NCBI GenBank assembly: GCA_965262725.1
Contig: OZ253555.1
Span: 1,952,001 to 2,016,000 of the forward strand
DNA: 64,000 nucleotides
Reading direction: 5' to 3'
Source: Dehalococcoidia bacterium
GTDB lineage: Bacteria; Chloroflexota; Dehalococcoidia; UBA2979
Every line of letters begins with the position of its first letter. Within the stretch, counting starts at the first letter, position 1. The notes beneath the pieces were generated by a model. The model was given only the letters and a program-made list of their open reading frames with translations, was not told the origin of the DNA and made no database searches. This document shows positions 20,300 to 29,738 of the stretch, in pieces. Both the position numbers and the translations under genes were made by a program.

Positions 20300-21099
20300 A
20301 CGTCCGCCCCGGAGAACCGGATCCCGTAATAGACAACGGTCTCGCCGCGGGGGTCGATGAAGGTGATCGTCCCGCGGGGTGTACGCGTTCCGGTCGATGC
20401 CGGGAACGAAACCCGGGCACCCGACCGCACCTCACGGACGCCGCTCTCCTCCAAGTGGTAGAGATCGCGGGCGAAATCCAGCTGCGTGTACTCCCGCCCC
20501 GTCCCGGGCAGGCCCGTGAAGAGCCGATAGATGCGGTCGAGCCGGATCACCTCGCCCACGCCACCGAGCGCGAGCGCGCTGGGTACATCGCTCTGACATA
20601 ACTCAAGGTAGGCGCCGTACAGGGAGTGGAGAAAGGCGCGCGGCTGGAACCGGGCGGGACGCTCCTGCACGCGGATGAGGTCCGCCACCACCCGCGTCGG
20701 GCGCACCGACGCGCTGCGGCGGCGGTCGATCCGGATCGCTCGATCCCCGGCCAGCACGCGCACAATCGAGGGGTGCGCAATCAGCCGGTCATCGCGGCTG
20801 AAAAGCTGGAGCCCCTCCCGGTCGGCGCACGCGACGAGCTCGTCGGAATAGCGAGTGCGCAGGTAGTCGACCTCGCCCTCGGCCGAGAAGGGCCAGGCCT
20901 TCGCCGCCTCGTCGACCCGTGCGCCGATCTGCTCCAGGCCCTCGTCCAGGCGCTCCGTCTCGCGCCGGAGGGCGGCGATGTTGCCGTCCCGTGCGGCGCG
21001 CTTGAGCTGCCTGACCAGCCGGGACATCTCGGAGAGCGCCGCCAGCACCGAGTCCGCCGCCGCCTCGCTCGTCGCGAATCCCTCCTCGAGAGTCGCCAT
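20296..21099 (-). CDS. hypothetical protein co-transcribed with the DUF2791 pair
   Basis: 268-codon ORF from ATG 21099 whose stop overlaps the next start. Confidence 0.7.
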   Translation of the reverse strand: MATLEEGFATSEAAADSVLAALSEMSRLVRQLKRAARDGNIAALRRETERLDEGLEQIGARVDEAAKAWPFSAEGEVDYLRTRYSDELVACADREGLQLFSRDDRLIAHPSIVRVLAGDRAIRIDRRRSASVRPTRVVADLIRVQERPARFQPRAFLHSLYGAYLELCQSDVPSALALGGVGEVIRLDRIYRLFTGLPGTGREYTQLDFARDLYHLEESGVREVRSGARVSFPASTGTRTPRGTITFIDPRGETVVYYGIRFSGADV

Positions 21100-21183
21100 C
21101 GCCACCCCGCTCGCGAGCGTCCGGCCCCGCCGGCCCCGTACGCTACGCCAACGCGCCCACAGGCGCAGCCCCTCTCGCCCACG

Positions 21184-21400
21184 ATGCGGGACACGCCGCT
21201 CGCCAACATCGGCTGCCTCGCCGTCTTCCAGGTGGCGGGGTCGGACGCACGGCAGCTCGTCTGGGAGCTCGATCGCGACCGCGTCTCCGAGGAGGACCTC
21301 GTCTCGTTGCCCGTGCACCACGCCTACGTGCGGGCGACGGTGGGCACGGAGCGCACGCCCGCCTCGGTGGAGGTGCTCAAGCCCGAAGAAGGGAACCCCG
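21184..21400 (+). pseudogene. C-terminal fragment of a VirD4/TraG-like coupling ATPase
   Basis: LANIGCLAVFQVAGSDA..EEDLVSLPVHHAYVR. Confidence 0.55.
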
Positions 21401-21404
21401 GCAG

Positions 21405-21620
21405 GGTGTCCTCGCGATAGCCGTCCTGCACGGCCACCAGCTCCTCGCAGCCGTCCGGGCGCACCCCGACCAACACCAGGCAGCAGAGCCGGTCCTCCTC
21501 GAGACGCACGGTGAAGTGGACGCCGTCCGCCCAGAGGTAGACGTAGTCGACCTCTGCCAGTCTGCGTCGCTGGCAGCGCTCGTGCTCGGCCTGCCACGCC
21601 TCCGTGAGCCGCCCCACGGT
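21405..21620 (-). pseudogene. IS256 family transposase fragment
   Basis: YVYLWADGVHFTVRLEEDRLCCLVLVGVRPDG.EELVAVQDGYRE. Confidence 0.8.
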
Positions 21621-21639
21621 CGCTGTTGCGATCGCTCTA

Positions 21640-22967
21640 GGGCACTTCGAAGAATGACTATATCGTCGGCATGGTGAATGATATACTGTAGCCATCAGTG
21701 TCATGGTTACGGGGGATGATATGGGCCAACTTGGATTCTTCAATGTGGACGACCGCTACGACGCTCTCGACGCCAAGGGCGACCCACTCGCCAAGCTCGA
21801 CCAAATCATCCCGTGGGAGCAGTTCAGACCTCAGTTAGAAGCCGTCTGGGCCACGCCCGAAGAAGAGCGTAAATCACCGGCCGGACGCAAGCCATGGGAC
21901 GCAATCGTCATCTTCAAGGGATTGATACTCGGCGTACTCTACAACCTCTCCGATGAACAGATTGAGTATCAGATCCGCGACCGTCTCTCCTTCTCCCGCT
22001 TCTGCGGCACAGGCATCGAAGGCCGGGTGCCCGACGCCACCACCTTCTGGCTCTACCGCGAGCAGTTGACCAGGGCGGGCGCCATCGCCGAGTTGTTCCA
22101 GGCCTTCGACCACTATCTCGCCAGCCAGGGCTACCGCGCCAGTGGCGGACAGATCGTCGACGCCTCGATCGTCTCGGTGCCGATCCAGCGCAACAGCCGC
22201 CGGGAGAACGAGTCGCTCAAGCAGGACCTCATTCCCTCGGAGTGGGTCTTCAATCCGGCGAAGCTGGCCCAGAAAGACCTCGACGCCCGCTGGACGAAGA
22301 AGCACGGGAAGAGTCACTACGGCTACAAGAACCACATCACCATCGATCGGCGCCACAAGCTGGTGCGTTCCTACGCCGTCACCGATGCCGCGGTCCATGA
22401 CAGCCAGGTGATCGACCAGCTGCTCGACTCTCCGAACACGTCACCCGATGTGTGGGCAGACCGTGCCTATCGGTCGCGGGCGATTGAGGCAATGCTCACG
22501 GAGAAAGGTCTGACGAGCCGCATCCATCGGAAGGCCGCTGCCAACCGGCCGTTGACGGCGGCTGAGGAGGCGGTCAACCGGGGATGGTCGCAAGTACGGG
22601 CCCGGGTTGAGCACATCTTCGGCTCGCAGACGAACGAGATGGGCGGCACGCACATCCGTACGATCGGCGTGCGGCGGGCAGTGACGCAGATCGGCTTCAA
22701 GAACCTGGCGTACAATATTCGCCGTCTGGCGCACCTCGAACACCGCCGTACGGCTGCCGCGGCCTAGCTTGCCGCCACCCGTCCACAGACCTCACACCAG
22801 CCTCTAGTTCGGTGCTTTGACAGTCCCGTTTAACTGTCAATTATCCCGCTTCACCTATGCTCTCGCGGACTCACCCACACCCCCTGGGGTCTCCTCAGCT
22901 ACGCCCTCTGCCCCCTCGTGCCCTCACCGATACCTTCATCAACAATCGCGAGTTCTTCGAGGTGCCC
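21640..22967 (+). mobile_element. IS5 family element, copy 1
   Basis: TIRs GGGCACTTCGAAGAA / TTCTTCGAGGTGCCC; identical inverted copy at 46205-47532. Confidence 0.92.
21703..22767 (+). CDS. IS5 family transposase
   Basis: IVDASIV, DLDARWTKK, YGYKNH, WADRAY, RARVEHIFG. Confidence 0.95.
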   Translation: MVTGDDMGQLGFFNVDDRYDALDAKGDPLAKLDQIIPWEQFRPQLEAVWATPEEERKSPAGRKPWDAIVIFKGLILGVLYNLSDEQIEYQIRDRLSFSRFCGTGIEGRVPDATTFWLYREQLTRAGAIAELFQAFDHYLASQGYRASGGQIVDASIVSVPIQRNSRRENESLKQDLIPSEWVFNPAKLAQKDLDARWTKKHGKSHYGYKNHITIDRRHKLVRSYAVTDAAVHDSQVIDQLLDSPNTSPDVWADRAYRSRAIEAMLTEKGLTSRIHRKAAANRPLTAAEEAVNRGWSQVRARVEHIFGSQTNEMGGTHIRTIGVRRAVTQIGFKNLAYNIRRLAHLEHRRTAAAA

Positions 22968-23001
22968 TGGGGGGTGTTTACATATGAGGAATACGGCACG
23001 A

Positions 23002-23445
23002 TCAGGTGCTCGTAGTTAGCGGTAGGTAGTTGTCAGCGGATCGTACCTGCAGCGCCAGCAAGCCGTTCTCTGGATCGTAGGTCATCGCGCAACGGTCCAG
23101 TACATCGCGCCCCAGCAGGGAGTCGGACACGTTGTTCATCTTGGCAATGAACACTACCTGCTCGTAAGCGACGATCGACTTCGTATCGTCACAGGCGAAG
23201 ATGATAGACCCATGCTCTCCGTAGCATGATAGACCGCCGCCGACACCGCCGAAGTCTTGATCACCTGCGAGGTTGGCGAGCTGCCCCTGCAGGATGCGCG
23301 AAGCATCGGGAAGCGACAGCACCGACGCATCGGCGCCCGTGTCAACGAGAAACTCGACAATCCCTACGCTGCCGAGTCTCGGAAACGAGATGACGGCGCG
23401 AAGTCGTGGCCGCCCGCCGGGGCCGAAGTAGCCGCGCAGGATCAC
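23002..23445 (-). CDS. retropepsin-like aspartic protease
   Basis: FLVDTGAD and SLLGRDVL motifs; GTG start overlaps the upstream stop. Confidence 0.8.
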   Translation of the reverse strand: MILRGYFGPGGRPRLRAVISFPRLGSVGIVEFLVDTGADASVLSLPDASRILQGQLANLAGDQDFGGVGGGLSCYGEHGSIIFACDDTKSIVAYEQVVFIAKMNNVSDSLLGRDVLDRCAMTYDPENGLLALQVRSADNYLPLTTST

Positions 23446-23726
23446 AGAATCAGTAGTTGTTCCGTCGCGGTCAGGAACTTCACGACCGCCCTCCGTCGAG
23501 GCAGATCCTTGGCGTCGAGCAGATCCAATACCGCATCGAAAGCCTCGCCGTGTGCGACGACCTCGCCGTCGAGGATGGCAACCCACTGCTCCGCGTACTG
23601 CTCGAGAAGTTGCACCTTGCTCTCGTTGAACACCCGCACATCGTCCCCGAACTGTTCGAGTTCCTGGCACATGAGGGCTGGCGGGTAGCCCTCGAGGCCG
23701 CGCTGGTCCTTCTGAGTCTTGGCCAT
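23442..23726 (-). CDS. DUF5678-like small protein
   Basis: LLEQYAEQWVAILDGEVVAHG. Confidence 0.7.
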   Translation of the reverse strand: MAKTQKDQRGLEGYPPALMCQELEQFGDDVRVFNESKVQLLEQYAEQWVAILDGEVVAHGEAFDAVLDLLDAKDLPRRRAVVKFLTATEQLLIL

Positions 23727-23769
23727 GTTGGACACTCCTTCGCCGCAGGCTCTTCTTAGAGGATACAGG

Positions 23770-23852
23770 GTACTGACCGGGGTCGAGCTGCGCGGGCAGG
23801 GGAAGCGACTGACGGCGCGCTGCCCGTTCCACGAGGACCGCACCCCGAGCTG
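23770..23852 (+). pseudogene. CHC2 zinc-finger (primase) fragment
   Basis: GVELRGQGKRLTARCPFHEDRTPS. Confidence 0.55.
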
Positions 23853-24765
23853 GCGATCGCCGCGGCGCTCGATTGCCATCCGGTCACCGTCGGCAAGTGG
23901 CGCCGGCGCTTTGCACAGTGGCGGCTCGATGGGCTACAGGATGAGCCGCGCCCCGGGGCGCCGCGCACGATCACCGATGCACAGGTGGAAGCGGTGATCG
24001 TCACGACGCTGGAGGAGCAGCCTCCCAACGCGACGCACTGGTCGACCAGATCGATGGCAGCCGCGCTCGGGATGTCGCAGTCGGGGATCTCCAGGATCTG
24101 GCGCGCCTTCGGCCTGAAGCCGCGCCTCGTGGAGAGCTTCAAGCTGTCGCCCGACCCGCAGTTCATCGACAAGGTCCGTGACGTGGCCGGGCTCTATCTC
24201 AACCCGCCCGACGCGGCGGTTGTGCTGTGCGTGGACGAGAAGACCCAGATCCAGGCACTCGACCGCACCGCTCAGACGGTGCCGATGATGCCCGGCGTCC
24301 CCGCCCGCCAGACGCACGACTACATCCGTCACGGCACGACGAACCTCTACGCGGCGCTCGATGTCGCTTCGGGATGCGTGATCACGGAGATGACCCCCCG
24401 GCACCGGGCTCGGGAGTTCCAGCAGTTCCTCACCCTCATCGACCGCAGCGTTCCCCGTGAGCTGGCGGTGCATGTCGTGCTCGACAACGTCTCCACGCAC
24501 CGCACGCCCGCCATCCAGCGCTGGCTCCAGCGCCATCCCCGCTTCACCTTGCATTTCACGCCGACCTACAGCTCCTGGATGAACCTCGTGGAGCGCTGGT
24601 TTGCAGAGCTCACCAGCAAGTGGCTCCGGCGCGGCACGCACCACAGCGTCCCTGATCTGATCCGCTCAGTGGAGATGTGGGTCGCCAGCTGGAACGAGAA
24701 TCCGAGGCCCTTCATCTGGCACAAGTCCGCGGACCAGATCCTGGACAACCTCACCGGCTATCTAG

Positions 24766-26158
24766 CAGGGTCGGGAAAAAGGCCCCCTTTGGCGCGGCCA
24801 CGGAGCGAATCACCGCCAAGAGGGCGTATGCGGCGTCATTTCGGGGCCGATTCTGGCCCCCTCCGGGGCTCTCTCAGCCCGTCCGGGCGCCCCGGGACCT
24901 ACTCCGGGCGCACTACGCCCGTGACAGCGCGGCGTCGATATTGGCCACGCGCACCAGGTTGTACGCGGCAGCGCCCATCTCCATCCAGAAACCGTTGACC
25001 TGTTCGCCGATGTAGCGGAGCTTGCGCCCGCCCCCCACGGTCTTCAGCCACCCGAAGCTCTCCTCCACCATCTTGCGCCGGCGCTGACTCACCTCGTAGC
25101 CGGGCGTCTGCGCCACCTCCTCGGGGATGGCGCTGTGCTTCGCTCGCCGTGCCACGTGCGGCACGACCCCGAGTTCGCACAGCCCCTCCACGAAGTGCTT
25201 CGCGTCGTATCCCTTGTCGGCGCCCAGCGTCGCCCCCGGTGTCAGGCTGCGCTCGGCCATGGCCAGCGCCGCATCCCGCTCCGCCCGCCCGTGCGCCGTC
25301 GTGAGCTCGACGTCGACGATGAGCCCGTTGCGGTTCTCCGTCATCACATGCCCGATGTAGCTCGGGCGCGCCGCCTGCCCGTTCCCCTTCCGGTACAGGT
25401 GCGCGCCGGGATCGGTCGTGCTGACGTGGGTGTCCCGGTGCCGGCGCTCGCCGCGGAAGTCGACGTCCGGATTGCGGCCCGCAGGCTTGTCCCCGTCCTG
25501 CTCGTCGCGTGACCGGTAGCTCTTGTGCGACGCCCACGCCTCGAGCTGCGACCCGTCGACCGTGAAGTGCTCCTCGGACAGCAGGTTCCGCTCCCTCGCC
25601 TCCCTCACGACTTCCTCGAAGAACCCCCGGGCGATGTCGCCGTCAAGGAGCCGGGAGCGGTTCTTCGAGAACGTGGAGCGGTCGAAGGAACCGGGGTCTC
25701 CCGGGAGGTCGAGGAACCACTTGAACGCCATGTCGGACCGCAGCCGCTCGCAGAACTGGCTCTCGCTACGAATCGAGAAGAAGGCGATGAGGAGTGTCGA
25801 CTTGAGCAGCGTCTCGGGCGGAATCGACGGTCGCCCGGACTCGCTGTAGAGACCGTCGAAGCGCGGGGAGAGATTGGCGAGCGCCCGGTCGACGATGGGC
25901 TTGATGCGTCGGAGCGGGTGGTCGCTGGGGACGAACATCTCCGGGCAGGTGAGAGTGGCGCGGCCCTGGTCCTCGCTCTGTCCTCGCATCGATATCCTCC
26001 CTCGTGGGGGTCCCTCTTGTATGATCGTTAGTATACTCGTCTTATCAGTTACAGTCGACCACTACCTGGGGCTTCTGACAGCTACCGGGGGCGTTTGTTG
26101 CACCCGCGGGGCACCGCCGGCCATGCTCCGGGCACCCAGGGAGAAAATCACAACCCTG
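24766..26158 (-). mobile_element. IS5/IS1182-like element with CTAG target duplication
   Basis: CTAG at 24762-24765 and 26159-26162; ends CAGGGT..ACCCTG. Confidence 0.85.
24913..25989 (-). CDS. IS5 family transposase
   Basis: DHPLR, GRPSIPPE, FTVDGS, GADKGYD, RKMVEESFGW. Confidence 0.92.
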   Translation of the reverse strand: MRGQSEDQGRATLTCPEMFVPSDHPLRRIKPIVDRALANLSPRFDGLYSESGRPSIPPETLLKSTLLIAFFSIRSESQFCERLRSDMAFKWFLDLPGDPGSFDRSTFSKNRSRLLDGDIARGFFEEVVREARERNLLSEEHFTVDGSQLEAWASHKSYRSRDEQDGDKPAGRNPDVDFRGERRHRDTHVSTTDPGAHLYRKGNGQAARPSYIGHVMTENRNGLIVDVELTTAHGRAERDAALAMAERSLTPGATLGADKGYDAKHFVEGLCELGVVPHVARRAKHSAIPEEVAQTPGYEVSQRRRKMVEESFGWLKTVGGGRKLRYIGEQVNGFWMEMGAAAYNLVRVANIDAALSRA

Positions 26159-26298
26159 CTAGAGCGCATCCCTGACTCAGGACACTAGTCGGGCGACGAT
26201 CTCGCCCACGGTCGACGACGAGGGTCTCGGCCATGCGGTCTCGTCAACAGGGCCGACACGCTTCTGTAAGATGGTTGTGCGCCGACGTGGAGTGCTGG

Positions 26299-26541
26299 AT
26301 GAGCCGCGACGATGATCTGCGACAGAGAATCCTCAGTGGGCGATCTGACGCAAACATCCGCTTCGAGCAGCTCCGCTCGTTCCTGTTGCGGCTGGGCTTC
26401 ACCGAGCGCGTCCGCGGAAGCCACCATATCTTCAGGCGAGAGGGCGTCCGCGAGCTAATCAACCTGCAGCGCGATGGGAGCCACGCGAAACCCTACCAGG
26501 TACGGCAGGTCCGTCAGGCAATCCTGAGAAACCACCTGTGA
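26299..26541 (+). CDS. hicA: HicA family toxin
   Basis: IRFEQL..LGF..RVRGSHHIF..KPYQVRQV. Confidence 0.9.
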   Translation: MSRDDDLRQRILSGRSDANIRFEQLRSFLLRLGFTERVRGSHHIFRREGVRELINLQRDGSHAKPYQVRQVRQAILRNHL

Positions 26542-26549
26542 GGAAGCTG

Positions 26550-26762
26550 ATGCACAAGTACGAGGTCATCATCTACTGGAGCAACGAGGACGACACCTTC
26601 GTCGCGGAGGTGCCCGAGCTTCCCGGTTGCAGCGCCCACGGCGACACCAAGGCGTCCGCCCTGCAGAGCGTCGAGCAGGCGATCGACCTCTGGATCGACA
26701 CGGCGCGGGAGTTCGGCGACTCCGTCCCGGACCCCCGCGGTGAACGCCTGATGCTGGCGTAA
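26550..26762 (+). CDS. hicB: HicB family antitoxin
   Basis: YEVIIYWSNED..FVAEVPELPGCSAHGDT. Confidence 0.92.
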   Translation: MHKYEVIIYWSNEDDTFVAEVPELPGCSAHGDTKASALQSVEQAIDLWIDTAREFGDSVPDPRGERLMLA

Positions 26763-27265
26763 GGCCGCATGAGCGCCCTCGCCGGAGCTGACGGTGAGGC
26801 CGCCGCGCCTGAGTGGCTCGCAGCCTTGGCTGGCAGACCGCGCATGCCCCGACATTGGCCCCGGGACGGCAGATCTTCGTGAGTGCCACCGAGGCGCGTT
26901 ATGGCGGCGTGTCCGCGGAGCATGGCCATGTGGCAGCAAAGCAGGAGCTCTCGACCTGCTGATCCCGGGCAATCGGGGCGTTCGGTGGAAGTTGAGCCGC
27001 CGGCTCCGTCCACTCGATCACGCTGCGTGAGGGCCTTGTGCAGTTGAGTTGCGGGTGGATCGCACCGCCGATTGAGAAGCGTGTCGGAGTGAACACCGCA
27101 GGCCGCGTCGTTGCGAGCGCCTGCGAGTACACTGCCGGACAGAGGAAGGGCCAAGCTGTTGCGATCGCTCTAGTGTCCCGAGTTGCAAATGCTGAAAACA
27201 ATGGGGATTATATACAAAACTGCCACGAGATGATATGATCCTTGTGTAGCAAGGAGAATCCGGAG

Positions 27266-28204
27266 ATGACGCAGAAGGCGCCGGGCCAGTACCACCGCAA
27301 GGGGATGAGCATGCGAGAGTTGTTTCGCTTGTTCCCCGACGACACGACCGCCGAGGACTGGTTCGTAGAGACCCGCTGGGGCGGCTCTCCCGCCTGCACA
27401 GCCTGCGGCTCCCTAGACGTGAAGACCGACGCCGTCCACAAGTCCATGCCCTTCCGCTGCCGCGACTGCAAGAAGCGCTTCAGCGTTCGCACCGGCACGG
27501 CCATGCAGTCCTCGAAGCTTGGCTACCAGACATGGGCGATCGCGATCTACGTGCTCTCGACCTCGCTCAAGGGTGTTTCGTCGATGAAGATGCACCGCGA
27601 CCTCGAGGTCACGCAGAAGTCCGCGTGGCACCTCGTACACCGCATCCGCCAGGCATGGGAGGCGCAGGGCGACCTCAACGGCTTCATCGGCCCCGTCGAG
27701 GCGGACGAGACCTACATCGGCGGTAAGGAGCACAACAAGCACGCGAGCATGAAGCTGCGCGCGGGCCGCGGGCCTGTCGGCAAGACCGCCGTCGCCGGCG
27801 TCAAGGATCGTGTATCAGGCCAGGTGAGCGCCCGCGTCGTCGAGCGCACCGACGGCGCGACGCTCAAGCCGTTCGTCCTCTCGCGCATCGCGCAGGAGGC
27901 CGATGTCTACACGGACGACCACGGCGCGTACCGGGGCCTCCCGAATCACGAGACGGTCGCCCACAGCGTGGGCGAGTACGTCAACGGTCAAGCTCACACG
28001 AACGGTATCGAGTCGTTCTGGTCGATGCTCAAGCGCGGCTACTACGGGACGTACCACCGCATGAGCCCGAAGCACCTCGACCGCTACGTCGCCGAGTTCG
28101 CGGGCCGCCACAACCAGCGCCCGATGGACACGATCGATCAGATGGCCGCGATCTGGCGGGGGATGCAGGGCAAGCGCCTGCGCTACTGTGACCTTGTGGC
28201 CTAG
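27266..28204 (+). CDS. IS1595 family transposase
   Basis: Zn ribbon CTAC/CRDC, VEADETYIGG, YTDD, HTNGIESFWSMLKR. Confidence 0.96.
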   Translation: MTQKAPGQYHRKGMSMRELFRLFPDDTTAEDWFVETRWGGSPACTACGSLDVKTDAVHKSMPFRCRDCKKRFSVRTGTAMQSSKLGYQTWAIAIYVLSTSLKGVSSMKMHRDLEVTQKSAWHLVHRIRQAWEAQGDLNGFIGPVEADETYIGGKEHNKHASMKLRAGRGPVGKTAVAGVKDRVSGQVSARVVERTDGATLKPFVLSRIAQEADVYTDDHGAYRGLPNHETVAHSVGEYVNGQAHTNGIESFWSMLKRGYYGTYHRMSPKHLDRYVAEFAGRHNQRPMDTIDQMAAIWRGMQGKRLRYCDLVA

Positions 28205-28222
28205 TCGCGTGAGACCCCCGAG

Positions 28223-28567
28223 CTAGGGGTCGATCCGGAGGACGTTATCCAGCCCGCAGGTCCTTGCTGTCGCGGAGAGACGATCCTGCTCGGTGAGGGC
28301 CTCATGGTAGGCTTCGATCATGTCTCGCAGAGAATGGCCATCCCACGTAACGTCCTCGACGGTTGCGCCTGCATCAGCGTAGTTCTTGGCGATAACGCCA
28401 TCCTTGAGGCACACGGCGCGGGGTGTGTCGACGAGAGCCTTCCCAAGCTCCTGTAGCTGGCGTCCAACCGACTGGAGCCGCATCTGCGCGAACCCGCGAG
28501 CCTGCTGGTTCGCAGCAAAGCTCGTCACAAGCTCAGCGATCGCCTGATCGGTCTGCTTGGGGGTCAT
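28223..28567 (-). CDS. hypothetical passenger protein
   Basis: 115-codon ORF inside IS1595. Confidence 0.5.
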   Translation of the reverse strand: MTPKQTDQAIAELVTSFAANQQARGFAQMRLQSVGRQLQELGKALVDTPRAVCLKDGVIAKNYADAGATVEDVTWDGHSLRDMIEAYHEALTEQDRLSATARTCGLDNVLRIDP

Positions 28568-28763
28568 ACCGGTGATTGTACCGGAGCGTGTCGCCGCGCG
28601 TACACGCCATTTGTGGTAGCATCCCGCAGCTCTCGCCAGAGCGACCTGCATCGGCACCTCTCAGAGGTCGGGGAGACCCATGTCTCCTCGCGGGGCTGTG
28701 CCGGTGTAAGGGCCATCTGGCGAGAGCGGTCAATCCCCGACCTGCTCCGCGAGGGGGCTCCAC

Positions 28764-29258
28764 GTGCTGTCGTCGCTCATCTTGGCCGTGCTTATCGTGA
28801 TCGCGTCCCACCTCGCTGGCAGCGACCTGAGCGCCCTGTTTCCGGACGACCTGACCGACGAACACCGCGCCCTCGTCAAGAGCGCGGTGCCCGAGCCAGA
28901 TCCGCCGGCCGGGACATTTGACGGGGTGGGGGATTTCACGAGCGACTCCTTTGTGCTCGCCCCCGGCAGATACACTGCCCGCTCCACGTGGCTGGACGCA
29001 GAGCACACCGAGTTCCTCGACCTGTGCAGCATGCAGGTGCTCGACCGCTCGGCGTCGAAGTGGGTCGAGGACCACAGCAAGTACGGCACGTCCATCGTCG
29101 CGATTCGCGACACCTCTGTCGGCTGGAACAAGGAGCGCGGTCACTGGGAGGCGGTGCAGGTGGTCACCTTCACAGCCCGGCTCACAGCGCGCATCGAGCT
29201 CCTGGTGCTCTGCGACGGGGCCTGGCATGTCGAGATCGCCCCCTCGGACGCACCTTGA
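28764..29258 (+). CDS. hypothetical exported/membrane-anchored passenger protein
   Basis: N-terminal hydrophobic segment; FDGVGD..SDSFVLAPGRY..GAWHVEI. Confidence 0.55.
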   Translation: MLSSLILAVLIVIASHLAGSDLSALFPDDLTDEHRALVKSAVPEPDPPAGTFDGVGDFTSDSFVLAPGRYTARSTWLDAEHTEFLDLCSMQVLDRSASKWVEDHSKYGTSIVAIRDTSVGWNKERGHWEAVQVVTFTARLTARIELLVLCDGAWHVEIAPSDAP

Positions 29259-29308
29259 CAAACGCCGAACGCGTCCAACACCCTAGATGTGGGAAGAGAG
29301 GCTGAGAC

Positions 29309-29461
29309 GTGCCGAAGCGAGTAGATAATCGGATCGACGCGTCGCCGCAGGAGTTGGCGCGGGCTGTACTCGGCCTGCCGGCAAAGTCGGCGGCTGCCCC
29401 TCCCTCTGGTAAGGTGATGGTGGAGCGTCCGGGAGTCGAACCCGGCGGGGGCAGGGTGTAA
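29309..29461 (+). CDS. small hypothetical protein (MPKRVDNRIDASPQELARAVLG...)
   Basis: TTGACA upstream, purine-rich RBS, GTG start; antisense to the tRNA-like element. Confidence 0.4.
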   Translation: MPKRVDNRIDASPQELARAVLGLPAKSAAAPPSGKVMVERPGVEPGGGRV

Positions 29462-29488
29462 GTCTACCCCGGCAAGCCTGCACGCCCC
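29418..29488 (-). ncRNA. non-canonical tRNA-like RNA (G3:U70 acceptor, CCA end, no D stem)
   Basis: GGGGCGT/ACGCTCC-A-CCA; T arm CCGGG-TTCGACT-CCCGG; central stem GGGGTAG/CTGCCCC. Confidence 0.65.
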
Positions 29489-29738
29489 ATCGTCGAGAGC
29501 GGTGGCCCGCCTGTCTCAGGACGTTGCGGGTCACCGCTCTAGCCTATCATCTCGTGGCACTTTCCCATATAATCCCCAAAACAATCGCACCGAGCCTCGC
29601 AGGCTTGGTCCGCTCAGTGGAGGCTTGGGTCGCAACTGGAACGAGCACCGGATGCGCTTCATCTCGCACAAGACCACCGACCAGATCCTGGACAATCTCA
29701 CCGGATATCTCAATCGCATTTCCAATTCAGGACACTAG

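Larger units (their letters stand above)
23855..26188 (+). pseudogene. IS630 family transposase, 5'-truncated and interrupted near its 3' end
   Basis: THWSTRSMA, VDEKTQIQALDR, VLDNVSTH, TPTYSSWMNLVERWF; tail ERIPDSGH* resumes after the inserted IS. Confidence 0.88.
27203..29577 (+). mobile_element. IS1595 family transposon with passengers
   Basis: TIRs GGGGATTATAT..TGCCACGAGATGATA; 8-bp TSD AAAACAAT. Confidence 0.92.
27170..29738 (+). mobile_element. IS630-derived MITE split by the IS1595 element
   Basis: 27170-27202 plus 29586-29738 rebuild the reverse complement of 34207-34393. Confidence 0.8.

Noticed and set aside
18030-21099. Complete BREX system
   Set aside because: Only DUF2791-type ATPases are present; no pglX, pglZ, brxA or brxL seen.
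29418-29488. Canonical tRNA-Val(UAC) gene
   Set aside because: No proper D arm and an Ala-type acceptor; reported as tRNA-like instead.
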